From Microthrixaceae bacterium (GTDB taxonomy: Bacteria; Actinomycetota; Acidimicrobiia; Acidimicrobiales; Microtrichaceae): a stretch of DNA of 64,000 nt. Shown piece by piece: positions 1 through 9,538 of this stretch. Position 1 is the stretch's first letter, and every line of letters starts with the position of its first letter. The stretch is from assembly GCA_037045585.1 (NCBI GenBank), contig JBAOIR010000041.1, forward strand, positions 24,112 to 88,111, written 5' to 3'. Both the position numbers and the translations under genes were made by a program. A model generated the notes under the pieces. That model made no database searches and had not been told where the DNA came from. It saw nothing but the letters and a program-made list of their open reading frames with translations.

Positions 1-844
1 GTCGTTGTTCCCGCCCGCCGACGAACCGGACGTGGCGCAGCAGTTCGGAGCGTGGCTGACGACGATCCCTCCCGTCACCAAGCCCGATCGTCTGTCGGAA
101 CGGCAGATGGGCTTCAGCACGGGCGGCGACCGTTCCTCGCTCCGGCTCCCCGACCCCGACGTCGAGCTCATTCGCCGGGTCGCGGCCGCGAACCCCCGCA
201 CCATCGTGGTCATCCAGGCCGGGAGCGCAGTGATCGCCACTGAGTGGATCGACGCTGTCCCGGCCGTCGTGCAGGCCTGGTACGGCGGGTGTCGCGCCGG
301 TTCGGGTCTCGCCGACGTGCTCTTCGGCACGGTCAACCCCTCCGCCCGTCTCCCGTTCTCCGTCCCCGTCGACGAGGCCGACCTCCCACCGTTCGACCGC
401 GACGCCACGTCGTTCCGCTACGACCGCTGGCACGGGTGGTGGCACCTCGGCCGCACCGACACCGCCGCGGCCTTCCCCTTCGGGTTCGGGTTGTCCTACA
501 CCTCCTTCGAGGTGTCGAAGGTACGGGTCGACGTCACCGCTGACGGCATCGTCGCCCGGGGCGAGGTGACCAACAACGGTGACCGGGCCGGCGCCCACGT
601 CGTGCAGGTCTACGCCGTCCTCCCCGACCCCGAGGCGCCGCCGCGGCTGGCCGGGTTCGCCCGCGTCGAGGTGGCGTCGGGTGACCGACGGGCCTTCGAG
701 ATCCTCGTCCCGACCGACCGTCTCGCCACCCGAGACACCGCCGCCCGAGGGTGGCGCTCCCCGACCGGGATCCATCGCATCGTCGTCGGCACGTTCGCCG
801 GCGACCTCGACGCCACGGAGGTCGACGTCGATCTCGGGGCCTGA
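1..844 (+). CDS. Glycoside hydrolase family 3 (beta-glucosidase-like), C-terminal part; the 5' end lies outside the window
   Basis: ORF 5..844 is open to the window edge. It carries GH3 C-terminal domain patterns (VVIQAGSAV, WYGG..AG.GLADVLFG.VNPSARLPFS, FPFGFGLSYTSF) followed by a beta-sandwich tail. Confidence 0.8.
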   Translation, partial: SLFPPADEPDVAQQFGAWLTTIPPVTKPDRLSERQMGFSTGGDRSSLRLPDPDVELIRRVAAANPRTIVVIQAGSAVIATEWIDAVPAVVQAWYGGCRAGSGLADVLFGTVNPSARLPFSVPVDEADLPPFDRDATSFRYDRWHGWWHLGRTDTAAAFPFGFGLSYTSFEVSKVRVDVTADGIVARGEVTNNGDRAGAHVVQVYAVLPDPEAPPRLAGFARVEVASGDRRAFEILVPTDRLATRDTAARGWRSPTGIHRIVVGTFAGDLDATEVDVDLGA

Positions 845-1136
845 GGGCCGCATGGACGAACCCGACAGCGAGAATCGCTGGACGGACCGCTGAACGGACC
901 GCTGCATGAACCACGTGCGACACCACACCGACGACCACCTCGCCCACGTGCGCCGGATCACCGGCACCCTCGACGGCTGCATCGAACGGGCCGGGGACAG
1001 CCGGCCCGGTGTTCGAGATCGCGAACACTGCCCTCTGCTCGTTCCACGACAGCAGCACTGAGCACGACGGCAGCGCTGAGCACGACAGCGGCGCTGCCGG
1101 CCGGATCGCGAACTGTGGTGCGCTGCACCGCCCGGG

Positions 1137-1669
1137 GTGCCCGGCGAAATGGTCGACGCCGAACCGTCGTGGTTCTTCCACCCGCCCACGACGGGAGCGT
1201 CATCGGCGTGGCTCGGGGTGTACCTCGACGGCACGGGCGAGGACGCGGTCGACTGGGACGAGATCGCCGCCATGATCGCCGACGCCCACATGACCGTCAC
1301 CGGTTCGACCACTGCGTCCGGTCACGCTGCGGCCGGTCACGAGGTGGCCGACTCCCCCGGCACGTTCCGGTTCACCGCCCGCCTGTGGATCCACGACGGC
1401 GGCTCCTGGTACTTCGCCACCGTCCCCACCGGTGATCGCCACAGCGATCGATCTGCTTCAGGCCGAGGAACGACGCGGGCTTCGGTTCCCGGCGTGTCCA
1501 CGTCACGATCGGGGCCACGTCGTGGGACACGTCGATCTTCCCCGACGCCGCCACCAAGACGTACGTGCTCCCGGTCAAGAAGGCCGTTCGGACCGTGGAG
1601 CGGCTCGACGAGGGCGACGACGCCCACGTCACGATCGAGCTGGTCGACGTGACCGACGCCCGAGGCTGA
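1137..1669 (+). pseudogene. Frame-disrupted gene: YjbR/MmcQ-like C-terminal segment followed by a DUF1905 domain
   Basis: ORF 1137..1652 has WLGVYLDGTGEDAVDWDEIAAMIADAH (YjbR-like), then TFRFTARLWIHDGGSWYFATVP (start of DUF1905). The DUF1905 continuation IATAIDLLQAEERRG is in the frame of ORF 1432. FGSRRVHVTIGATSWDTSIFPDAATKTYVLPVKKAVR..VTIELV is in a third frame and ends at TGA 1667-1669. Two +1 shifts are needed, near 1430 and 1478. Possible further N-terminal pieces from ATG 906 are in other frames. Confidence 0.5.
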
Positions 1670-1708
1670 CGGCCGGACGTCGGACGCCGACCCCGGTATG
1701 GTCGCAGG

Positions 1709-2677
1709 GTGCCCCGACTGCGACCACGCCGACCGCGGTCGATGTCGCTGCGGCGCCGTCGGCCGACCAAGACGCAGCTGGCAGCGCTCGCGGTCGTCAC
1801 GATCCTGTCGTTCGGCCCGATCGTGGCCCTCCTGGCCGTGATCGGGAGGGACTCGGGCCCGGTCGCCTCCCTGTCGACGGGCCGCACCCCACCCGACGAC
1901 GGGGCCAAGGTCGACGTGTCGTTCACGGCCGTGTCCCCGTCAACGGGCACCATGACCGCGTTGGTCCAGGTCGAGCCGTTCCCCGGGCTGCTCGACGAGC
2001 AGGGCCTGACCGACGAGCTCGTGATGCGCGTCAACGACGCCCGCGGTGACACGTCGATCGTGTTCCCGGCCGGCGAACCGCTGCGGGCCGTCACCGTCAC
2101 GCTGCCGCTCAGCGGTCGTTCCATCTCGAGGTACCCGTTCGACCGCTACCGGTCCGCCGTGCTGATGCGGCTGGAGCACCCGACCGGTGCCGAGACCGAG
2201 CCCGAACCCGTCCGCTTCACCGTCGACGTCTCGTCGCAGCTGGCCGACTTCGACGTCGGCCTCGACGACTTCACCGACGGCGACACCCGGGCGGCGCCCG
2301 CCGTCGGCGTCGGGTTCGAGCTGTCACGGGCCACGACCACCACCGTGTACGCGGTGGGGATCATGATCCTGATGTGGGGCCTCGCCCTCGCCGGGGTCGC
2401 CATCCTGTGGGCAGTGACGATCTGGGGCATCGAGGTGCCGTTCTGGTCGGTGGGCTACCTCGTCGGTGTGCTGTTCGCTCTCGCCCCGCTGCGAGCGTCG
2501 CTCCCCGGCAGTCCCCCGCCCGGCACGTTGCTCGACTTCGTGGCCTTCTACTGGTCGATCGGCCTCGTCGGGCTCACATTGATCATGGTGATGGCGGTGT
2601 GGCTGCAACGGGCGCGCCCGGCCAAGCCGGCCCCGGCACCGCCCGACGACGAGGAGACGGCGACCAATCCGTCGTGA
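1709..2677 (+). CDS. DUF4436-like membrane protein
   Basis: 322-aa ORF with an N-terminal TM helix, a large extracytoplasmic domain and 3-4 C-terminal TM helices. The overall pattern matches the DUF4436 family. GTG start at 1709. Confidence 0.6.
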   Translation: MPRLRPRRPRSMSLRRRRPTKTQLAALAVVTILSFGPIVALLAVIGRDSGPVASLSTGRTPPDDGAKVDVSFTAVSPSTGTMTALVQVEPFPGLLDEQGLTDELVMRVNDARGDTSIVFPAGEPLRAVTVTLPLSGRSISRYPFDRYRSAVLMRLEHPTGAETEPEPVRFTVDVSSQLADFDVGLDDFTDGDTRAAPAVGVGFELSRATTTTVYAVGIMILMWGLALAGVAILWAVTIWGIEVPFWSVGYLVGVLFALAPLRASLPGSPPPGTLLDFVAFYWSIGLVGLTLIMVMAVWLQRARPAKPAPAPPDDEETATNPS

Positions 2678-2723
2678 GCCAGCAGCTCGCGGATGCGGCG
2701 GGACCAGCCCGTAGCATCGGGGC

Positions 2724-3197
2724 ATGGACCCAGCACCCATCGTGCGACTCGCCGACCCGAGCGACGCGGTCGAGCTGGCCGGACTCCTGCACGACTTCAA
2801 CACCGAGTTCGACACGCCGTCGCCGGGCCCCGCCGTGCTGGCCGACCGCCTGGCGACGCTGCTCGGCGGCGACCGCACGCTCGCCCTCCTCGCCGGGGCA
2901 CCCGCCGTCGGCGTCGCACTCGTGACCCTCCGCCCCAACGTCTGGTACGAGGGGCCGGTCGCCCTGCTCGACGAGCTGTACGTCCGGCCGGCGCTCCGCA
3001 GTCGGGGCATCGGTACGGCGATCGTCGATCGACTCGGCGTCGAGTGTGCCCGCCGGGGTGTCGACGCCATCGAGATCAACGTGGACGAGGGCGACGTCGA
3101 CGCTCAACGCTTCTACGAGCGTCAGGGATTCTCCGGCGTCGAACCGACCACCGGGGAGCGGGCCTTCTACTACTTCCGCGAGCTGGATCCCGGCTGA
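2724..3197 (+). CDS. GNAT family N-acetyltransferase
   Basis: 157 aa with the acetyl-CoA binding motif LDELYVRPALRSRGIGTAIV and the C-terminal motif RFYERQGF. Confidence 0.85.
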   Translation: MDPAPIVRLADPSDAVELAGLLHDFNTEFDTPSPGPAVLADRLATLLGGDRTLALLAGAPAVGVALVTLRPNVWYEGPVALLDELYVRPALRSRGIGTAIVDRLGVECARRGVDAIEINVDEGDVDAQRFYERQGFSGVEPTTGERAFYYFRELDPG

Positions 3198-3724
3198 GCG
3201 GCGCCGGACCGGGCGACGATTCGGTCGGACAACTTGTGCAGCATCGTCGTGTTGCGGCTGGTGCTGAACTCGCCGAGCAACTTCCAGTGCTTCTTGCCCA
3301 GGGTGGTGTCCATCGACGAACCGTGCATCCGCCAGTGGACCTCCGCACCGTCGACGACGACGGAGTCGACGTCGTTGGAGCACGCCTCGAACTCGGTGGC
3401 CACGGCGACGCTCGGCGTCGCTTGGAGGAACGTGACGAAGTACGTGTCGCCGTCGACGACCTCGAACGGCTGCGCCGCCAACACGGCGCGGATGTGCGCT
3501 GCGGTGCGGACGAACGTGGTGACCTCGAACCCGTACTCGGCGGCGAGCGTGTCACCGATGCGGCGTTCGTGCTCCGCACGCGACCCGGTCGCGTCGAACA
3601 CGACGTTGCCGCTGTTGATGTAGGTCCACACCTGCTCGTAGCCCAGCTCCTCGAAGATCTCGACGACCCGCGCCATCGCGACGGTGCGCTTGCCGACGTT
3701 GACGGCACGGAGGAACGCTGACAC
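3170..3724 (-). CDS. DUF1697 domain protein
   Basis: 184 aa. The N-terminus MSAFLRAVNVGKRTVAMARV..LGYEQVWTYINSGNVVF is typical of DUF1697. Its 3' end overlaps the GNAT gene convergently. Confidence 0.75.
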   Translation of the reverse strand: MSAFLRAVNVGKRTVAMARVVEIFEELGYEQVWTYINSGNVVFDATGSRAEHERRIGDTLAAEYGFEVTTFVRTAAHIRAVLAAQPFEVVDGDTYFVTFLQATPSVAVATEFEACSNDVDSVVVDGAEVHWRMHGSSMDTTLGKKHWKLLGEFSTSRNTTMLHKLSDRIVARSGAAQPGSSSRK

Positions 3725-3857
3725 GAGTGGTCATGCCGACATCATGGCAGCGCGCCGCCCCGGCGACCGATGGCGTCGGTTCACCCGGTCGGGGGGTCTG
3801 CCGTAGCCGGCCGTCGGGCAGCAGGGCAACGACGCCGACACGAAGGACTCACAGCAC

Positions 3858-6077
3858 ATGGCCTCCTCCAAGACGACCGACGCCGGAACGACCACGACGG
3901 GCACCACCCCGCCGCCCCGGGCGAAGGCCCCCTCGCGGCGACGGCCCTCGCGTGGTGTGACCACGTCGACCGAACCGCAGCCGAGCGGCACCCCCGTCGG
4001 CGGAACGGTCGAGGGCGATCCGACGGCACCAGCCACCGCACCGGCGAAGGTGAGCACCAAGACGGGCTCCGCACCGCGCAACACCGCCGTCGACCCGGCG
4101 TGGGGCAAGCAGGGCGATGCGCTCACCACGAGCCAGGGCCAGCGTGTGGAGGACACCGACAACAGCCTCCGGGCAGGCCGTCGGGGTCCGTCGCTGTTGG
4201 AAGACCACCACCTCCGCGAGAAGATCACCCACTTCGACCACGAACGCATCCCCGAGCGTGTGTACACGCCCGCGGCGCCGGCGCCCACGGCCACTTCGAA
4301 CTGTTCGAGCTCGCTCGAGTCCGTGACGTCGGCGGGCTTCCTGACCGAGGTAGGGGTCAGCACACCGGTGTTCACCCGCTTCTCGACCGTCGCCGGTTCC
4401 CGCGGATCGGCCGACACGGCCCGCGACGTGCGGGGCTTCGCCGTGAAGATGTACACGTCGGAGGGCAACTTGGATCTCGTCGGCAACAACATCCCGGTGT
4501 TCTTCATCCAGGACGGCATCAAGTTCCCCGACCTGATCCACGCCGCCAAGCCGGAGCCCGATCGCGAGATCCCGCAGGCACAGACCGCTCACGACACGTT
4601 CTGGGACTTCGTGTCGCTCCAGCCCGAGAGCACCCACATGTTGATGTGGGCCATGTCGGACCGCGGAATCCCCCGCTCGTACCGCACGATGGAAGGCTTC
4701 GGCGTCCACACGTTCCGGTTGATCAACGCAGCCGGCGAGTCGTCGCTCGTGAAGTTCCACTGGAAGCCGACCGTCGGCATCCACAGCCTCGTCTGGGAGG
4801 AGTCCCAGAAGCTGGGCGGCATCGACCCCGACTTCCACCGTCGTGACCTCGTGGAACGCGATCGAGGCCGGCGCGTTCCCCTCGTGGGACCTGGGAGTGC
4901 AGATCATGCCCGACACCGACGACCAGACGTTCGAGGGCATCGATCTCCTCGACGCCACGAAGATCGTCCCCGAGGAGCTGTGCCCGGTCCGGCTCGTCGG
5001 ACGGATGACGCTCGACGCCAACCCGACCAACTACTTCGCAGAGACCGAACAGGTGGCGTTCCATCCCGGCCACGTGCCGCCGGGCATCGACGTCACCGAC
5101 GACCCGCTGCTGCACGCCCGACTCTTCTCCTACATCGACACCCAGATCACCCGTCTCGGCGGGCCGAACTTCGCCCAGCTCCCCATCAACCGGGCAGCGG
5201 CGCCGGTGAACGACAACCTGCGCGACGGATTCGGCCAGCAGGCGATCCACAGCGGTCGAACCGCCTACTCGCCGAACACGATCGGGGGCGGCTGCCCCTT
5301 CGCCACCGGCGACGCGCCGTTCGTGCACTTTCCCCAGCCCGTCGACGGCGTCAAGGCCCGCAAGCGGCCGCAGTCCTTCGACGACCATTTCAGCCAGGCG
5401 ACCCTGTTCTGGAACAGCCTCACCGAGGTGGAACGTGACCACGAAGTGGACGCGTTCAGCTTCGAGCTGTCGAAGGTCGCCGACCCCGGGGTCGTGGCGC
5501 GAATGGTGGGGAACCTCGCCAACGTCGACCCTGACCTCGCGTCGTCGGTCGCCGCCAACCTCGGTCTCGTCGCCCCGTCGGGTTCACCCGAGGGTGACGC
5601 CGGGGCATCGCCCGCCCTGTCGCTCGTCCCGTCGGCGAGTGGCCCGATCGACGGTCGGGTCGTCGGCGTGCTGGTCACGCCCGGCGCCGACATCGGCGGC
5701 GTCGCAGCGTTGCGCAAAGCGCTCGACGCCGCCGGTGCAGCGATGCACGTCATCGCACCGACCGCCGGTTCGGTCAAGGGCTCCGGCCGTTCGACCCTCG
5801 CCGCCGACGCCACCGTCTTCAACTCCGACTCCGTGGTCTACGACGCCCTGGTCGTCGCAGGCGGGGTCGCCGAGCTCGACCCGAAGTCGGCGATGATGCT
5901 GCAGGAGGCCTACCGCCACCACAAGACCGTGGCCGCCTGGGTACCGGCACCGACGCGCTCGCCGCAGCGAGCATCGATCCGACGGCGAACGGCGTGGTGA
6001 CGGGTGACAAGGTGGCGAAAGGCTTCACCACGGCGCTCGTCGACGCGATCGGCTGGCACCGGCATTGGGCGCGCTGA
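3858..6077 (+). CDS. katE: Large-subunit catalase (HPII type), reading frame broken about 4 times
   Basis: Catalase motifs continue across frames in this order:
- [27 protein letters not shown] (ORF 3858).
- [16 protein letters not shown] (frame of ORF 3770).
- [50 protein letters not shown] (ORF 3858).
- [43 protein letters not shown] (ORF 4843).
- C-terminal DJ-1-like end ..[12 protein letters not shown], with stop at 6075-6077.
The breaks are near 4255, 4310, 4845 and 5935. Confidence 0.85.
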
Positions 6078-6108
6078 CCCCTCGACCAGGGCAGCCTGGG
6101 CACGGCGG

Positions 6109-7812
6109 TCAGGTCGTGCGAGCCTTCTGCAGGTTGGCCCACTCGTCCTTCAGGCCGACGGTGCGGTGGAACACGGTCGTGTCGTCGAGGTCCGCGGCGA
6201 AGTACCCCAGCCGTTCGAACTGCACGACCTGCCCGGTCTCGACCTCGGCGAGCGCCGGTTCGGCCTTCGCCCGGGTCGTCTGGCGGGAGTCGAGATCGAG
6301 GTCGTCCAACGGGTCGCGGCCCTCCGCAGCGGGGTGCGGCGATCGGAAGAGGCGCTCGTAGCGGTGCACCGTCGCGTCGATCGCGTGCGGCCGGGACACC
6401 CAGTGCATCGTCGACTTCACCTTGCGACCGTCGGGTGCTGTGCCGCCGAGCGTTTCGGGGTCGTAGGTGGCGAGCACCTCGACGACGTTGCCCTCGTCGT
6501 CGAGCACGGCCTCGGTGGCGGTCACGAAGAACGCGTTCCGCAGCCGGACCTCCCGGCCGGGTGTGAGCCGGAAGTACTTGGGTGGGGGCTCGAGCCGGAA
6601 GTCGTCCTGCTCGATCCAGAGCTCGCCGGTGAACGGCACCGAACGGGTGCCGGCCGACTCGTCCTCGGGGTTGTTGACCACGTCCATCCACTCGACGTGG
6701 GCCGTGCCGTCCGCGTCGGTGGGCCAGTTCGTGATCGTGAGTTTCAGCGGTTCGAGGACCACCATCCGCCGGAGCGCATGCAGGTTGTGGTGCGTTCGCA
6801 CGAAGTACTCGAGCAGCTCGATGTCCACCACGGAGTTGGTCTTGGCCACCGAGATGTGGTCGGTGAACGCCCGCAACGCGGGCGCCGGGTAGCCACGGCG
6901 ACGCAGGCCACGCACCGTCGGCATCCGGGCGTCGTCCCAGCCGTCGACGTGGCCCTGTTCGACCAGCGTGCGCAACACCCGCTTCGACAGCACGGTGTGG
7001 GTCAGGTTGAGCCGGGCGAACTCGGTCTGCTCGGGCCGGTCGAAGGGCAGCTCGAGCTGGTCGAGGCACCAGTCGTAGAGCGCCCGGTGGTCGGTGAACT
7101 CGAGGGTGCAGATCGAGTGCGTGGTGCCCTCGATGGCGTCGGACTGGCCGTGAGCCCAGTCGTAGGTCGGGTAGATGACCCACCGGTCGTCGGTGCGGTG
7201 GTGGGGCACACGACGGATGCGGTACAGCACCGGGTCACGCAGCCACATGTTGTCGGCCTGCATGTCGATCTTGGCGCGGAGCACCTTCTCGCTGTCGGCG
7301 AAGACGCCGTCGCGCATCTGCCGGAACAGGCCGAGGTTCTCCTCGACGGAGCGGTCGCGATGGGGGCTCTCGACGCCGGGCTGGCCGAACCCACCCCGCT
7401 GCTCGGAGATCGTCTCCTTGTCCTGGTCGTCGACGTAGGCAAGCCCCTTCCGCACGAGCTCCTCGGCCCACTCGTAGATCTGCTCGAAGTAGTCCGACGC
7501 GTAGCGGGGCGGACCCGACGGCGTGACACCGAGCCACGCCAGATCCTCCTGGATCGCGTCGACGTAGGACACGTCCTCGGTCGCGGGGTTGGTGTCGTCG
7601 AACCGGAGGAAGCAGGTGCCGTCGAACTCCTCGGCGATCCCGAAGTTCAGGAAGATCGACTTGGCGTGACCGATGTGGAGGAAGCCGTTGGGCTCAGGTG
7701 GGAACCGGGTCTGCACCCGGCCACCGAACTTGCCGGCGGCGATGTCGGCCTTGACCTTCTCGCGAACGAAGTCGAGGGAGGCAGATGGGGCGTCGTCGGA
7801 CATGGGCGCCAC
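6109..7812 (-). CDS. glnS: Glutamine--tRNA ligase
   Basis: 567 aa. TRFPPEPNGFLHIGHAKSIFLNFGIAEEF.G.C.LRFDDTNP closely parallels the E. coli GlnRS HIGH region, and there is a KMSKS-type TVLSKR. Confidence 0.9.
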   Translation of the reverse strand: MAPMSDDAPSASLDFVREKVKADIAAGKFGGRVQTRFPPEPNGFLHIGHAKSIFLNFGIAEEFDGTCFLRFDDTNPATEDVSYVDAIQEDLAWLGVTPSGPPRYASDYFEQIYEWAEELVRKGLAYVDDQDKETISEQRGGFGQPGVESPHRDRSVEENLGLFRQMRDGVFADSEKVLRAKIDMQADNMWLRDPVLYRIRRVPHHRTDDRWVIYPTYDWAHGQSDAIEGTTHSICTLEFTDHRALYDWCLDQLELPFDRPEQTEFARLNLTHTVLSKRVLRTLVEQGHVDGWDDARMPTVRGLRRRGYPAPALRAFTDHISVAKTNSVVDIELLEYFVRTHHNLHALRRMVVLEPLKLTITNWPTDADGTAHVEWMDVVNNPEDESAGTRSVPFTGELWIEQDDFRLEPPPKYFRLTPGREVRLRNAFFVTATEAVLDDEGNVVEVLATYDPETLGGTAPDGRKVKSTMHWVSRPHAIDATVHRYERLFRSPHPAAEGRDPLDDLDLDSRQTTRAKAEPALAEVETGQVVQFERLGYFAADLDDTTVFHRTVGLKDEWANLQKARTT

Positions 7813-7813
7813 G

Positions 7814-9457
7814 CTAGAGGACTGCGCTGAGGCGTCGTCTCACCTCGGCCTCGCCGAGGATCGCGGCGACGGCGTCGAGCTCGGGGCTGCGGGTTGACCC
7901 GCACAGCAGCACTCGCACCACCTGGGCAGCGTCCTTGAGGAGCCCCACGTAGGCGTCGCCCCTCCCGGCCAGCTCAGCTTCCTTCAGCTCGGCCTTGTTG
8001 AGCGCGAACCGGTGACGCCCGGCCAGCGCCTTCACCTGGTCGAACCAGAGCGCCGGATCGGGCTCGGGCACGAACGACTCGGCGAAGTCGGCGGCGAGCG
8101 CCGACACCACGTCGGCGGGGACACCACCGAACCGGTCGTCGGCCGCGTCGGCGACCGGCACGAACACGGCGTCGAGGAGGAAGCCGAACTCGCCGCCGAC
8201 CTGCGACCAGCGGCCAATGTCCTTGCGTTGACGATCGGTGCCACGCCCGATCGAGAAGGCACCCCGCACCCGATCGGGTTGTGCCCGGGCCGCCTCGGCG
8301 AGCGTCGCGTCGAACTCATCGGCCCACCGGAGCAGCGCGTCACCGATGTCGTCGAGGGACATCTCGGCGACGACGTCCTTCGAGATGTCGTCGAGTTTGA
8401 CGAGATCGACGAGCGGGCCGGCGACACCACACCGGTCGAGCTCGATCGGAGCGGCGGCGGCCTCGGCGATCGGCAGCTCGGCCAGGTTCGCGTTGGCGAG
8501 ACCGCGGAGGTAGTGGTGGACCACGGCGGCCGGATAGCCCTCGGAGATGTAGAAGTCGACCGACGCCTCGGGGTCCTTGCGCTTGGAGAGCTTGCGCCGC
8601 GACGAGCCGTCGTTCTTCATCAACGGCGCGATGTGGGCGTACGTGGGCGCCTCGAAGCCGAGCGCGGCGAACAACTGGATGTGCAGCGGTACCGAGGAGA
8701 TCCACTCCTCACCACGGATGACGAGGTTCACCCGCATCAGGTGGTCGTCGACGGCGTGGGCGAAGTGGTACGTCGGCATGCGGTGCTCGCCGCTCTTGAG
8801 GATGACGACGTCGTTGAAGTTGTCGAGCATCTCGATGTCGCCGCGGATGGCGTCGGTGAACGTGACCCGATGGTCCATGGCGTCGGGTGTCTTCAACCGG
8901 ATCACGGCCTCGCCCCCCGCCGCGAGGCGCTCGGCGACATCGGCCTCGGTCAGCGAACGACACGTCGCCCACTCGCCGTAATAGCCCGTCGCCAACTTGG
9001 CGTCCTCCTGGGACCTCCGGGTCGCCGCCAGCTCGTCACGGGAGCAGAAGCAGGGGTACGCCGCGTCGGTGGCGAGGAGCTCGCGGACGTAGGACAGGTA
9101 GATGGCGGCCCGCTCCGACTGGAGGTACGGACCCCACGGGACCTGCTCGGCGGTCTCGTCCGACGCGATGCCGAAGTAGGCGAACGCCCGCTCGAAGTGC
9201 TCGGCGGAGTCGGCGACCTCGCGGGCCTGGTCGGTGTCCTCGATGCGCACGAAGTACGTGCCGCCCGTCGAATGGGCGACCGACTGCGAGATCGACGCCG
9301 TGTAGACGCCACCGATGTGGACGAAGCCCGTGGGACTCGGGGCGAAACGGGTCACCTTCGCTCCGGCGGGAAGGGGCCACGGCGGATAGACGGACTCCCA
9401 GTGGTCGGGCGCGTGCTCCACGGGCGGCAGGAGGGCGGTGATCAGGTCGTCGTGCAC
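7814..9457 (-). CDS. gltX: Glutamate--tRNA ligase (long form, 547 aa)
   Basis: TRFAPSPTGFVHIGG, FVRIEDTDQAR, and a KMSKS-type KLSKRK. It ends 1 nt before the glnS start. Confidence 0.85.
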   Translation of the reverse strand: MHDDLITALLPPVEHAPDHWESVYPPWPLPAGAKVTRFAPSPTGFVHIGGVYTASISQSVAHSTGGTYFVRIEDTDQAREVADSAEHFERAFAYFGIASDETAEQVPWGPYLQSERAAIYLSYVRELLATDAAYPCFCSRDELAATRRSQEDAKLATGYYGEWATCRSLTEADVAERLAAGGEAVIRLKTPDAMDHRVTFTDAIRGDIEMLDNFNDVVILKSGEHRMPTYHFAHAVDDHLMRVNLVIRGEEWISSVPLHIQLFAALGFEAPTYAHIAPLMKNDGSSRRKLSKRKDPEASVDFYISEGYPAAVVHHYLRGLANANLAELPIAEAAAAPIELDRCGVAGPLVDLVKLDDISKDVVAEMSLDDIGDALLRWADEFDATLAEAARAQPDRVRGAFSIGRGTDRQRKDIGRWSQVGGEFGFLLDAVFVPVADAADDRFGGVPADVVSALAADFAESFVPEPDPALWFDQVKALAGRHRFALNKAELKEAELAGRGDAYVGLLKDAAQVVRVLLCGSTRSPELDAVAAILGEAEVRRRLSAVL

Positions 9458-9538
9458 CGGACGATCCTACGTGGCCTGCCCGGAACGCCCCGCCGGTTCG
9501 AACCGAGCGCACGAGCGTCGGCTGGCTACGCTGCGGCG

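Noticed and set aside
6004-9530. Long plus-strand ORFs (6004..7830, and the first ~500 codons of 8012..11671) antisense to glnS and gltX.
   Set aside because: They are Arg/Gly/Pro/Val-rich with no recognisable family motifs. They lie exactly opposite two strongly conserved genes. This is the typical stop-poor antisense frame of very GC-rich DNA.
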